The translations under genes were made by a program, and so were the position numbers. 28,818 bases of DNA from a bacterium (lineage in GTDB: Bacteria; Patescibacteriota; UBA1384; XYA2-FULL-43-10; 1-14-0-10-43-13), in assembly GCA_035389625.1 (NCBI GenBank), contig DAOOSE010000002.1, positions 1 to 28,818 on the forward strand, read 5' to 3'. Each line of letters opens with the position of its first letter. The stretch's first letter is position 1. The notes below the pieces were generated by a model. That model had not been told where the DNA came from. It saw only the letters and a program-made list of their open reading frames with translations, and did no database searches. Below, piece by piece: positions 15,233 to 24,785 of the stretch.

Positions 15233-16768
15233 ATGGATCTCACTAGCCAGCAAGAGAACGTATTGCAAGCTAATTATCAACAAGACAATCAAAAATGGAA
15301 GGTGTATAACCTTATCTGGATAACGTTGCTTGCACTTTGCTACGCCATCTTTGCAATAACGATGATCCTTTCTGCCTTCATACTTAAAGGTAGTGCCGAT
15401 ACTTCGTTAATTGCTCAATTTATTATAATTCAATTTTTTTCTATTTTACTGTCAGTGGTTCCCGTTGCAATTGCCTATATCGTTGCACGCAGAGAGTTTA
15501 AGCAGTCAATTTCCACCGCAACCTGGGTAATGGCTAATATTATCCCATTCCTGTTTTGCCTCGCCGCATTTTGGTTTGCTGGTAATTTAGAGGTTTCCGA
15601 ATCATTCGCTGCCTATTTCTTTTTCCCATTTCAATTAATCCCAAATTTCCTAGGAAACTATTCTTTAACTGCTATATTCCCAGTAATTTATCTGCTATTG
15701 GCCGCTTTTCGTCCTAAATTGAATAGATCGTGGGCATTGATAATATCCGGTGCTGCAATGAGCCTGGTGAGTTTTTCGGTAATGCAACACCTACCCTCTG
15801 TTGTAAATAATCTTCAAAATCTAAAAGTTGCATCCTGTTATTTGATCACGCTCTTTACCATTCCGGTACTTTTTGTCTTGGCAGGATTAAGTGATTTCGT
15901 CGTAAAATATTCGAATCCACAACTAAGCACCAACAGACTTTTGTTGGCCCTTTTATCAATTTCAATCATCATACTTGGGAGTAGCTATATTATCGATATT
16001 TACAGAAGCAAAGAGATAATAACCGTCACAAAAACCACAGGCAAACTCGATTTCGATGGTCCAGTCGAAAAAATTATCTTTAACCGTGATCACGAGGTCT
16101 GGATTACCGATTCTAGCGGCATGGAGCCAAAAAAAGTTCTTTCTTTTCCTTCCGGCGGTAATTTTGTAAATGATACGAATATCTCACCTGATGGACGTTA
16201 CTTTGCTTACGTGGACATTATTAGTCAAACACATAATAGCGATCTGCCCAGCTCCCAGAGTCTAGAGCTGATGCTGAAGATCTATCTAGTCGATCTTGCT
16301 ACATCGGAAAGTAAAGAAGCAACTCAGCAAATAGTAGTTGACTCTTTAGTTTCACTGGATAACGAACGACCAAGAAACACCACATGGTCAGAAGATGGAA
16401 AAATACTAGTATCGTTAACTTCCGATAAAAAGTTGGCATTTGACATAAACGGAAAAGTTGTTGATTCGGTCGGATTAAAAACGCATGACTCAGGAAGACA
16501 AAAAACAATTTCTCCTGACGGACAGTACACAGTCGAGAATAGGAGCAAAGATTTTCGACCCAAGTATTTCATAAAAAATAATGCAACACATAAGTATGTA
16601 AAACTGCCAGACGGATTTTTCTTTGGCCGGTGGCTTAATGATAGCAAACGCATCGTTGGGACAGCACCCAGTGGTCAATTTTCAAAGAACTTATTTATTG
16701 CCGATGTGAATGGTAACATAGAGCAAATAACCGATGGCGGTAATGACCAAGTAATGATCGAACGATAA
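15233..16768 (+). CDS. Polytopic membrane protein with a C-terminal TolB/WD40-like beta-propeller (paralog 2)
   Basis: Alignable to 10687-12177 along its length (NLIW, REFK, QHLPS, EKIIF.RD..WITDS, KTISPDG, GRWLNDSKR). GGAGG RBS. Confidence 0.8.
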   Translation: MDLTSQQENVLQANYQQDNQKWKVYNLIWITLLALCYAIFAITMILSAFILKGSADTSLIAQFIIIQFFSILLSVVPVAIAYIVARREFKQSISTATWVMANIIPFLFCLAAFWFAGNLEVSESFAAYFFFPFQLIPNFLGNYSLTAIFPVIYLLLAAFRPKLNRSWALIISGAAMSLVSFSVMQHLPSVVNNLQNLKVASCYLITLFTIPVLFVLAGLSDFVVKYSNPQLSTNRLLLALLSISIIILGSSYIIDIYRSKEIITVTKTTGKLDFDGPVEKIIFNRDHEVWITDSSGMEPKKVLSFPSGGNFVNDTNISPDGRYFAYVDIISQTHNSDLPSSQSLELMLKIYLVDLATSESKEATQQIVVDSLVSLDNERPRNTTWSEDGKILVSLTSDKKLAFDINGKVVDSVGLKTHDSGRQKTISPDGQYTVENRSKDFRPKYFIKNNATHKYVKLPDGFFFGRWLNDSKRIVGTAPSGQFSKNLFIADVNGNIEQITDGGNDQVMIER

Positions 16769-16783
16769 GAAGTTCAATTTGAT

Positions 16784-16993
16784 TTATCGACGATACTTCT
16801 GAATTTTGACGAAGTCATCCTTGGGAGCGCCGCAGACAGGGCAAACCCAATCATATGGCAGGTCGTCAAAAGGAGTGCCTGGCGCTACACCATCCTTAGG
16901 ATCGCCTTTTTCCGGGTCATAAACATAACCACATGGCACGCAAACATACTTTTGGTGCTCAGGAGTCCTTTTGAGAAGTGTTTCCTTTTTCAT
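16784..16993 (-). CDS. Rubredoxin
   Basis: [11 protein letters not shown]...WVCPVCG. Start moved to ATG 16993. Confidence 0.93.
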   Translation of the reverse strand: MKKETLLKRTPEHQKYVCVPCGYVYDPEKGDPKDGVAPGTPFDDLPYDWVCPVCGAPKDDFVKIQKYRR

Positions 16994-16997
16994 TAGA

Positions 16998-17462
16998 TTA
17001 AGCCTTAATTGTTCGCAATTCATCCTCAAGTGCTTCGCGATGCACCTTGGTTTCACGCTCCAGCTCACGCAATACCCTGCAAACCTCAGGATCCGTACTC
17101 GATACGATACTCAAGAATTTATCTTCGAGAATAGACTTTTCCAGGGCGTAAGCCGTTTCAAGTGCTTGTTTTTCACTGTGATTTTTAGCATCATCAAGCA
17201 TTTTATTGATCTGATCGATAGAGGCCTTGAGACCTTTCAGGTCAAATTTTGTAGAATCTGAAATCTGAATCTTCCCAAAGGCAATCCCTCTCTCCAGAGA
17301 TGTGATCCAGTGAGCATGAGCAGCCTCTTCTCTTGCCAACTCTTGCCAAAAATCAAAGTTGTGAGAATGGGCATAAACTTCATACAAATTCCCGATCACC
17401 CTCTCGTGAAGGGTAAGTAGCTCGAGTGCTTGTTTTACTTGATCATCTTTTTGATTGTTCAT
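16998..17462 (-). CDS. Ferritin-like (rubrerythrin-type di-iron) protein
   Basis: Paired ExxH motifs EEAAH and ETKVH, plus [10 protein letters not shown] and YALEKS. Confidence 0.75.
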   Translation of the reverse strand: MNNQKDDQVKQALELLTLHERVIGNLYEVYAHSHNFDFWQELAREEAAHAHWITSLERGIAFGKIQISDSTKFDLKGLKASIDQINKMLDDAKNHSEKQALETAYALEKSILEDKFLSIVSSTDPEVCRVLRELERETKVHREALEDELRTIKA

Positions 17463-17657
17463 AGACTTGGAGTGAAAAATCTTAACCTAAGGTTACCATT
17501 TACTAAATAAGTAGTCCAGTACTCTCTTTGATTGGATTAAAAGCAAAATGACATTGGCGTGGTCTGAATCAACAGACAAAGAGAATTTTCCAATTCTCCA
17601 TTTGCTATTTTGCGTGTTTGAGCGTAGGATTAAAAGATCTTAAAAGAAAGATGCAAA

Positions 17658-17831
17658 ATGAACTGTCCAAGGTGCGGGGGAAATATGGAACAGAAAAGCA
17701 TGATTTCAGTTACGACCGATTCAGAGGGCGCTGACACCCAGGGAGAGAATCACACGGTTTGGTTTTGTCGTGATTGCAAGGCTTCGGCCCCAGTCAGACC
17801 GAATCAGAACGACGACCAGCTTGCAAAATAA
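17658..17831 (+). CDS. Small zinc-ribbon protein, 57 aa; absent from the ORF track
   Basis: MNCPRCGGNM...VWFCRDCKA has two CxxC pairs. Confidence 0.65.
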   Translation: MNCPRCGGNMEQKSMISVTTDSEGADTQGENHTVWFCRDCKASAPVRPNQNDDQLAK

Positions 17832-17844
17832 CAGTGAAATTCAG

Positions 17845-17873
17845 TTGGCAAATACGCTTAATTAGCGTATGAT
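17845..17873 (+). promoter_or_regulatory. typA promoter overlapped by an inverted repeat
   Basis: TTGGCA-17-TATGAT. ATACGCT-taatt-AGCGTAT spans 17852-17870. Confidence 0.55.
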
Positions 17874-17991
17874 ATTGTTGTTACGAAGCAATTCAGGGGC
17901 TTAGTCGCCCCAGTCCTGTCCTCCAGCTCAACTCGGGTTATGAGGGTAATCACCAGAGACTTAATTTTGCGTTTAAAGGTTCTGTACAGAG

Positions 17992-19818
17992 ATGGAAAAA
18001 ACAAATATCAGAAACGTGGCGATAATTGCTCACGTTGACCATGGCAAAACAACTTTAGTCGATGGGCTACTCAAACAGTCCAAAACTTTCCGCGAAAACG
18101 AAGCGGCTTTTTCGCAGGTTTTGATAATGGACTCAAATGATCAGGAACGCGAACGTGGAATTACCATTTTGGCTAAGAATACCGCGATCATTTACAAAGA
18201 CACAAAGATTAATATCATTGACACCCCCGGCCACGCCGATTTCGGTGGCGAGGTAGAGCGAACTCTCAATATGGCAGATGGCGCCGTCCTGGTAATCGAT
18301 GCCCAGGAAGGGCCAATGCCTCAGACTAAGTTTGTTCTCAAAAAGGCACTCGAACTTGGCCTCAAACCAATGGTGGTTATCAACAAAATTGATAAGCCAA
18401 ATGCCGACATCAAAAGAACTATCAATCGTACATTTGACCTTTTTCTCGAGCTTGCAACTGATGATTCTCAGCTAGAGTTTCCAATTTATTACGCTATCGG
18501 ACGAGATGGAAAAGCATGGAGCGAATTGCCTGCCAATACCGAGGAAAGCGCCGATCTAACACCAATTCTTGATGCAATCATTGAGCATGTTCCGGCCCCA
18601 GAGTCAGAGACTGAAAAACCATTCCAACTTCTAGTCTCTGCTCTTGACTGGGATAACTATCAGGGCAAGTATGTGGTCGGAAAAGTGGCCCGTGGCATCG
18701 TCAAGCCTGGGCTTACTGTTGCTTTACTAAACAAAAACGGTTCATCTGAAAATGCCAGAGTTGAAAAGGTATTGGTCAATCATGGCTTGAAGCGGATTGA
18801 GGTAACGCAGGCTTTGGCCGGCGACATTGTCATGCTCTCAGGTATTAAAAATGCATCTATTGGGGACACAATAGCAGACAGCATTACTCCGGAAGCCCTG
18901 CCTGCAATTGATATTGAAGAGCCAACACTAAATATTGAAATTTATGCCAATACTTCCCCCTTTGCCGGCAGAGAGGGTAAATTTGTTACCGCCCGACAGC
19001 TGCTCGACCGCATTAAAAAAGAGCTTGAAACAAATGTTTCAATGAAATTTGAGCTCTCTGATACAGGTGAGTATATTCTCTCCGGTCGGGGCGAACTTCA
19101 TCTCTCCGTTTTTATCGAGACCCTCCGCCGTGAAGGATATGAACTTCAAGTTGGTAAACCTCACGTTATCACTAAAAAAATCGATGGCGTCGAGTCAGAA
19201 CCGATCGAAGAGCTAACAATCGATGTCCAATCTGAATTCGCAAGCACGATTACCGGAGAAGTCGGTCGCAGACGCGGAATATTGCTCGAACAATCAGAAA
19301 ACACCGACGGTACAACTCGACTGGTGTTTGAAATCCCAACTCGCGGACTTTTGGGATTAAGAAACCAACTCTTGACAATTTCCAAAGGAACATCAATTAT
19401 GAATACCTTATTCCTCCGATGGCAGCCGATCGGACCCGCAATACCAAGACTTCGTAATGGGGTTCTCATCTCCTTTGACAACGGCAAAGCTGTCACATAT
19501 GGTCTGAACAATGCGCAAAACAGGGGTATTACCTTTATCCCGCCACAAACCGAGGTGTATGAAGGTATGATCGTCGGACTTAATCAACGCGAAGATGACC
19601 TTGAGATAAATGTTACCAAAACGAAAAACCTTACCAATGTTCGGGCCTCGAACTCTGACATAGCGACAATTTTAACTCCAGCCACAATCATGAGCTTGGA
19701 GCAATGCATAGACTTTCTCGAAGATGATGAGCTTCTCGAGGTAACCCCAAAAAATCTTCGCTTGCGCAAAAGGTATTTGAAATCTCTTGATCGTTATCGA
19801 CAGAAAAAAGCCGCGTAA
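17992..19818 (+). CDS. typA: Translational GTPase TypA/BipA
   Basis: [40 protein letters not shown] and [12 protein letters not shown]. 608 aa. Confidence 0.97.
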   Translation: MEKTNIRNVAIIAHVDHGKTTLVDGLLKQSKTFRENEAAFSQVLIMDSNDQERERGITILAKNTAIIYKDTKINIIDTPGHADFGGEVERTLNMADGAVLVIDAQEGPMPQTKFVLKKALELGLKPMVVINKIDKPNADIKRTINRTFDLFLELATDDSQLEFPIYYAIGRDGKAWSELPANTEESADLTPILDAIIEHVPAPESETEKPFQLLVSALDWDNYQGKYVVGKVARGIVKPGLTVALLNKNGSSENARVEKVLVNHGLKRIEVTQALAGDIVMLSGIKNASIGDTIADSITPEALPAIDIEEPTLNIEIYANTSPFAGREGKFVTARQLLDRIKKELETNVSMKFELSDTGEYILSGRGELHLSVFIETLRREGYELQVGKPHVITKKIDGVESEPIEELTIDVQSEFASTITGEVGRRRGILLEQSENTDGTTRLVFEIPTRGLLGLRNQLLTISKGTSIMNTLFLRWQPIGPAIPRLRNGVLISFDNGKAVTYGLNNAQNRGITFIPPQTEVYEGMIVGLNQREDDLEINVTKTKNLTNVRASNSDIATILTPATIMSLEQCIDFLEDDELLEVTPKNLRLRKRYLKSLDRYRQKKAA

Positions 19819-20062
19819 CTCTTACGAGGGCATAATACTTAGACCATTCTTCGTTTCCAGCCGATAAATCCTATTTTATGGTTGTCTATTTTGGCCAGAA
19901 ACTCTCTGTTAATCTCAGTAATATCCCCAGCTTCTCTGGGTTAAATAATAATTGAGCAACCGCACGTACCCAAAACGCCCCGAGAATCGCGATGCATTTG
20001 TAAACACACGCTATAAAATCATTGAAGCGGTTTTAGAAAATATCCCTAAACAATAAGAATAG

Positions 20063-20071
20063 TTATCCACA
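20063..20071 (+). promoter_or_regulatory. DnaA box
   Basis: Exact TTATCCACA, isolated. Confidence 0.35.
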
Positions 20072-20159
20072 TGGTGAAAAATGTAGGGGTGTGGTATTAA
20101 TAATTATGGAGACCACAAAACTTCTAATATTTAATCCATACATTCTGGGTTCCCCCTGT

Positions 20160-20185
20160 AAGTGCGCCAATAGGCGCATTTTTTT
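20160..20185 (+). terminator. Intrinsic terminator-like hairpin 1
   Basis: aagtgcgcc-aata-ggcgcattt continuing into a T7 run. Confidence 0.6.
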
Positions 20186-20238
20186 GTTTCCCTTGTTGTG
20201 TGATCCGCCGCCCAAGCTTGTTAATATATTTTTCTTCG

Positions 20239-20269
20239 AAAAATCCCCTATTTTAAAGGGGATTTTTTT
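20239..20269 (+). terminator. Intrinsic terminator-like hairpin 2
   Basis: aaaaatcccct-attttaa-aggggattttt with a T7 run. Confidence 0.6.
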
Positions 20270-20348
20270 ATTTCAAGCCAACCACTTTCCGCCTGCTAGG
20301 AGTCCCCCTTTCTTTTGAATCTACGTAAATCAAAAGTTAAGGAGGTAA

Positions 20349-21196
20349 ATGCAAATCATCAAAACATTAAGATCAAAAGACGGGACAAGTCATAAATATT
20401 TACAGAAAACAGATGATGGACAATTAATCGAAACTGGGTACTACCAAATTAATGAAGAGAATGTTATCTGTGTCTCGACTCAGACTGGTTGCAAGATGAA
20501 CTGTAAGTTCTGTAGCACATCCGATAATTTAAACAATGACAGTGTGAGAAACTTGTCTTCGACTGAATTATTAGACCAGTGCAGAAACGTGATTACAACT
20601 TGAACCTAATGACCCAACAAAAGTTTTTGTTCTCGTTCTCCGGGATGGGGGAACCATTCTTTAACTTTAGTAATGTAATTTCGAATATTAAGCACTTAGC
20701 AATCATCTACCCAAATTCACAAATTACCATTACTACTACCGGAGTAAAACCTAATTTAATAAGAGAGCTGGCAAACCTCTCACTTCCACTAGTAATAAAA
20801 ATTCACCTTTCGCTGCACTCGCCTACTGACCAATCAAGAAGGATACTAATGCCAAAAGTGGTTGGCTTAAAACAATCACTGAGCGCCCTAAAGTATTTTG
20901 CCCAAAAGACAAGCACGACTCCAAAGTTAAATTACATTTTGATTAGAAATGTTAACGACTCTCCCGAGATGGCAGAAAAGCTTGCTATCCTAGTCAGGGA
21001 ACGACCATTTATCGTTAAACTAAGCACCCTGAATGAGTCGGGAAACCTTAAGTCATCAACCAATTGCGCGGTAGAGAGATTTGAAAATATTTTAAGCCAG
21101 AACAGTATAAAGACTTGCCGATTCACCTCGCTGGGCACTGATATTGCTGCCGGTTGTGGACAGTTAAGGCAACAAAGAGACCTAAACGAAAGTTAA
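20349..21196 (+). pseudogene. Short RlmN/Cfr-family radical SAM methyltransferase, split by a frameshift near 20580-20603
   Basis: ORF1 has CVSTQTGCKMNCKFC. ORF2, in the -1 frame, has GMGEP, SLHS, NVND and DIAAGCGQL. AAGGAGGT RBS. Confidence 0.8.
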
Positions 21197-22426
21197 GGCG
21201 AAACCTTTGCTGCTTCCGCGACCGGTCCGACCAATACGATGAACGTAGTCATCGTAAGTCTGAGGTATTGTATAGTTTATCACATGAGTTATATCTTTGA
21301 TATCAAGTCCTCTAGCGGCCACATCTGTGGCGACTAAAACATTGATGGCATCGTTGCGAAATTGGGTTAATGCTCTTTGGCGTTCGCGTTGCTTCTTGTC
21401 TCCATGAATTGACTGCGCACGAAAACCACTACTAACTAGCTGTTCGGTAACCTTCTCAACCTCACGCTTCGTCTCAATAAAGATTAGGGCTTTCTTGACT
21501 TCAGACTTTGAGAGAAGGGTGGTTAGCTCACCATATTTATCGGAACTGTTGCGGACACGAACGATATCTTGGTCAACATTTTGGGCAGTTTGACCTGTCT
21601 TGACTTCTACTGTGACAGGATCTGAGAGAACCTTAGCAGCTAATTCTTTAATTTTGGGAGGCATAGTCGCCGAGAAAAAGAGTGACTGTCGTTCTTTTGG
21701 AAGAGCAGCAAGAATTGCTTTGATCTCGTCAACAAAACCCATATCAAGCATGCGGTCAACTTCATCCAATACGATATTTTTGAATGTACCAAACTCGATC
21801 AATCCACGGTCGCTTAAATCTTTCAATCTACCAGGAGTACCTATTACAAATTGAGGATTGCGTTTTAGGTTGTTGATCTGATGATAGATTGGCATTCCGC
21901 CGACACAAGCCGCAGAAAACAGTCTCATACTCCATGAAAACTGACGGAACTCCGTCTCGATTTGAAGAGCAAGTTCGCGCGTAGGAGCGATAATCAACAC
22001 CTTCTCTGTGCGGTTGAAAAAGGCCTTGTTGATAAGTGGCAGGAGAAAAGCAGCTGTTTTGCCCGTTCCCGTATTTGCTAATCCAATGAGGTCGCGTCCG
22101 GCAAGAATCGGCTCAATAGCCGCATCCTGGACCGGGGTCGTGACCGAGTAATTCTTTTTTAATAGATTCGTTTGTATCTCAGGACAAAGATTAAAATCAG
22201 TAAATGGACGCGTCGTGACAGGAGTTTCAACTAGTGCTTCAACAGCTTTCTTTATAAACAGCGCGGGATTAATATGCTCTCCCCTCTCCCTTTTCGGTTT
22301 CGAAAAAGAAGAACGGAAATTACTATTCCGCGAACCAAAATTACGAGAACTTGTGCCACCAAATGATGGTCTACCAAACGAACTACCTCTTCCACCAAAA
22401 CCTTGGCGGGAACGTTGCATATACAT
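21182..22426 (-). CDS. DEAD-box RNA helicase (RhlE-like)
   Basis: Q motif, GTGKT, PTRELA, TPGRL, DEVD, SAT, ARGLD and HRIGRTGR. Start moved to ATG 22426 after AAGGA. Confidence 0.95.
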   Translation of the reverse strand: MYMQRSRQGFGGRGSSFGRPSFGGTSSRNFGSRNSNFRSSFSKPKRERGEHINPALFIKKAVEALVETPVTTRPFTDFNLCPEIQTNLLKKNYSVTTPVQDAAIEPILAGRDLIGLANTGTGKTAAFLLPLINKAFFNRTEKVLIIAPTRELALQIETEFRQFSWSMRLFSAACVGGMPIYHQINNLKRNPQFVIGTPGRLKDLSDRGLIEFGTFKNIVLDEVDRMLDMGFVDEIKAILAALPKERQSLFFSATMPPKIKELAAKVLSDPVTVEVKTGQTAQNVDQDIVRVRNSSDKYGELTTLLSKSEVKKALIFIETKREVEKVTEQLVSSGFRAQSIHGDKKQRERQRALTQFRNDAINVLVATDVAARGLDIKDITHVINYTIPQTYDDYVHRIGRTGRGSSKGFALTFV

Positions 22427-22645
22427 GTTTTTTTCCTTAGTTCTCAACAAAAAATTGAGAACATTTATTTATTACAAGACCCAACAGTCTGAAAATCAGT
22501 GCGTAACAAAGGGTTCATACCCTGTATTTCGCTCAATTGCTGTATAGATCAATGCGAAATAAATAATATTCGGAAATCTATAGAACAATTTGTTAGATAT
22601 TTACTATAACACAGAAATCCGCCTTGTGTCAATGGATTTGACCGC

Positions 22646-23020
22646 CTAAATTAAGATGGTCTTCAGTTTTTCAATGACATCCACGGGAAGTGATTCCGAC
22701 TTTACAATATAATCAGCGGCTCCGTATTCAGCCGCAACTCGGCGTTTTTCCTGGTCATCAAGTGCCGTAAGAATTACTACTGGAATGTTTTTTGTTGAAC
22801 TATCTTCATATAGAGCCCTTAAAACATCCAGCCCATTCATTTTGGGCATCATAATATCGAGAATTATGGCATGGGGGTGATTATCTCTCACCTGAGCCAA
22901 TGCTTCCTCGCCATCACGAGCTACCAAGACTGTTGCCCCCTCGGCTTTAACTCTCTCAACGTACATCTCCGAAAGCGTCAAATCGTCGTCTACCACTAAT
23001 ACCACTTTATCTTGCAACAT
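22646..23020 (-). CDS. Single-domain response regulator (CheY-like receiver)
   Basis: LVVDDD, LDIMMPKMNGL, LTA and YIVK. AAGGAGG RBS. Confidence 0.92.
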   Translation of the reverse strand: MLQDKVVLVVDDDLTLSEMYVERVKAEGATVLVARDGEEALAQVRDNHPHAIILDIMMPKMNGLDVLRALYEDSSTKNIPVVILTALDDQEKRRVAAEYGAADYIVKSESLPVDVIEKLKTILI

Positions 23021-23032
23021 GGAACCTCCTTC

Positions 23033-23106
23033 GCTAACTGCTAATAGCTAATAGTCAATAGCAAGCCCCCTGTAATTTGCTATAAGCCATAAGCTATCAG
23101 CTAAGA
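23033..23106. repeat. Two degenerate heptamer arrays
   Basis: gctaact-gctaata-gctaata-gtcaata and gctataa-gccataa-gctatca-gctaaga. Confidence 0.7.
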
Positions 23107-24693
23107 TCAATTTTCCAACTCCTCCTTCTTGGAATTAATGAAACGAAACCAGGAATTTGTAAATTTCATTATCGTCTTAAGCGGTGCTTCTATCAAAAAA
23201 TCCAGCGCAACTATAAAAGGATTGAGGCGAGCAAATCGCTCAGAAATGCTCTTCCCCACCCTAATAAAGGGCAAAAGCAAGAATTCCATCGCAGAGGTGA
23301 GAGCGTCATCCTTACTTCGCTTCATTGCCAATTCGAGTGCAATATTGCGAATCCTAAAGGAAAAAAAGGAGACAACTGAAACAAAAAAGAAGAACAAAAA
23401 GATGCTCAGAATATTAAAATCAAGCCGTCGAAGAAGAGTGATCACTCCGATCATTATCGAGATTGAAAAAACGGCATAGAGTAAATTGAAAATGTTTCCC
23501 CAGGGTAAAACTTCTCTTTTGGCTAAGATAAAATTTTTAGAATCCACTTTATCTTTGGTAATAATATTATAAAGAGCATTCGCCACCACTATCCGATTGT
23601 TTAGTGGAGGGGACTTTACAAATGTCCCGGCCAAAAGCATTAGTGCGGGCGGAAGTGCAACATTTATAATCAAAGAAACGTAATTAATCTCACCCGAAAG
23701 ATATTTATCAAAGGGAACCTCAAGCAAAAAGGCAAGTGAAATCTTGGTCAACACGATGAAGATAAGTGCTCGCCAAGTACCCCTCCAAACTTTCTCCCTG
23801 GCATCTACAACCATTGAGTCATAGACTTCCAGCAGGAGGTTCTTAAATAGGGTTGGGTTACCCTTGACTTTACTTTCCTCAATTTTACCAGAAGCAAGCA
23901 AAGCTCTTATCAATATAAATGGCGCAATGTTACGGCGAACATAGGAAAGATAGCGCGATCGCAATGGAAAGTTAAGGACACGCTCAACCTTGTTGAAGTA
24001 AGGGTCGAAACTTCTGGCGAACTTTTTTGCTTCCTCTTTGTCAAATTCTCTCCACTTGGGGTAGATCCGATCCACTAGCCACAGTTGAACTTGGGGTAAA
24101 TCCGGACGAAGAAGGAACATCATAATTACAATCTTTAATTGGAGTTCATGATCCGGTTCACTTACTCTCGATCCTTCGATCGAGATAGTACTCTTCAAAA
24201 CTGAATATGCATAATCAAGTAAAATTTCATTCTCGTTGCTTGGCTTGACTATTGCATCGATCTCACAGGCCATCCAGCCAATCAAAACACCCTGGACTTC
24301 ATGTTTTTTGAACCTCGCCGAGCGTGCGTATCTGAGCAACACCAGATAGCGGGAAAAAACCTCCTTTATTGACTTCACCTGAATCTCTGTCAAAGATTCC
24401 GGGTTTAAATAATTTGCCCAAGCAAGCTCATTTACAACATCGGCGTACAGCGCATCACTGCTAATAGTTGACGAGAGAGTATATTTTCTTCTAACAATTC
24501 TAGAAATCGCATTTTTGAAAATAAGGTGCTCTTCCTGATACTCAATTGCAACCCGAAACTTTTCATAAATTAGTGCCGAGCTCAAAACTTTTTCATTCTT
24601 CGATTCAGCCCCTGCTTTTGGCTTAAATAAAGCATCTGAAAATTTACCAAGAAATGTATTGGTGTTTTGTGATAATGATTTTATTTCTTCCAT
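23107..24693 (-). CDS. Conserved hypothetical protein, soluble N-terminus with about 4 C-terminal TM helices
   Basis: 528-aa ORF with YEKFRVAIEYQEEH and hydrophobic segments after residue ~300. TAGAAT lies upstream. Confidence 0.8.
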   Translation of the reverse strand: MEEIKSLSQNTNTFLGKFSDALFKPKAGAESKNEKVLSSALIYEKFRVAIEYQEEHLIFKNAISRIVRRKYTLSSTISSDALYADVVNELAWANYLNPESLTEIQVKSIKEVFSRYLVLLRYARSARFKKHEVQGVLIGWMACEIDAIVKPSNENEILLDYAYSVLKSTISIEGSRVSEPDHELQLKIVIMMFLLRPDLPQVQLWLVDRIYPKWREFDKEEAKKFARSFDPYFNKVERVLNFPLRSRYLSYVRRNIAPFILIRALLASGKIEESKVKGNPTLFKNLLLEVYDSMVVDAREKVWRGTWRALIFIVLTKISLAFLLEVPFDKYLSGEINYVSLIINVALPPALMLLAGTFVKSPPLNNRIVVANALYNIITKDKVDSKNFILAKREVLPWGNIFNLLYAVFSISIMIGVITLLRRLDFNILSIFLFFFFVSVVSFFSFRIRNIALELAMKRSKDDALTSAMEFLLLPFIRVGKSISERFARLNPFIVALDFLIEAPLKTIMKFTNSWFRFINSKKEELEN

Positions 24694-24785
24694 CGATACC
24701 TATTCTAGTGTTACTTTGTCATAAATTCAATGCCTTTGGTCAAGTCTTTTGGTAAACGTATTTTTGTGCTAAAGTTTACGGGACA

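Noticed and set aside
19839-20030. Protein-like minus-strand frame (CIAILGAFWVRAVAQLLFNPEKLG...) after typA
   Set aside because: It has no in-frame start before an upstream stop and no recognisable family. At most it is a remnant.
20040-20110. Replication origin
   Set aside because: Only one DnaA box, with no box cluster and no dnaA or dnaN nearby.
20349-21196. Functional cfr resistance gene, or a programmed -1 frameshift
   Set aside because: The motif is GMGEP (RlmN-like), the gene is interrupted, and there is no X-XXY-YYZ slippery site or downstream stimulator at the junction.
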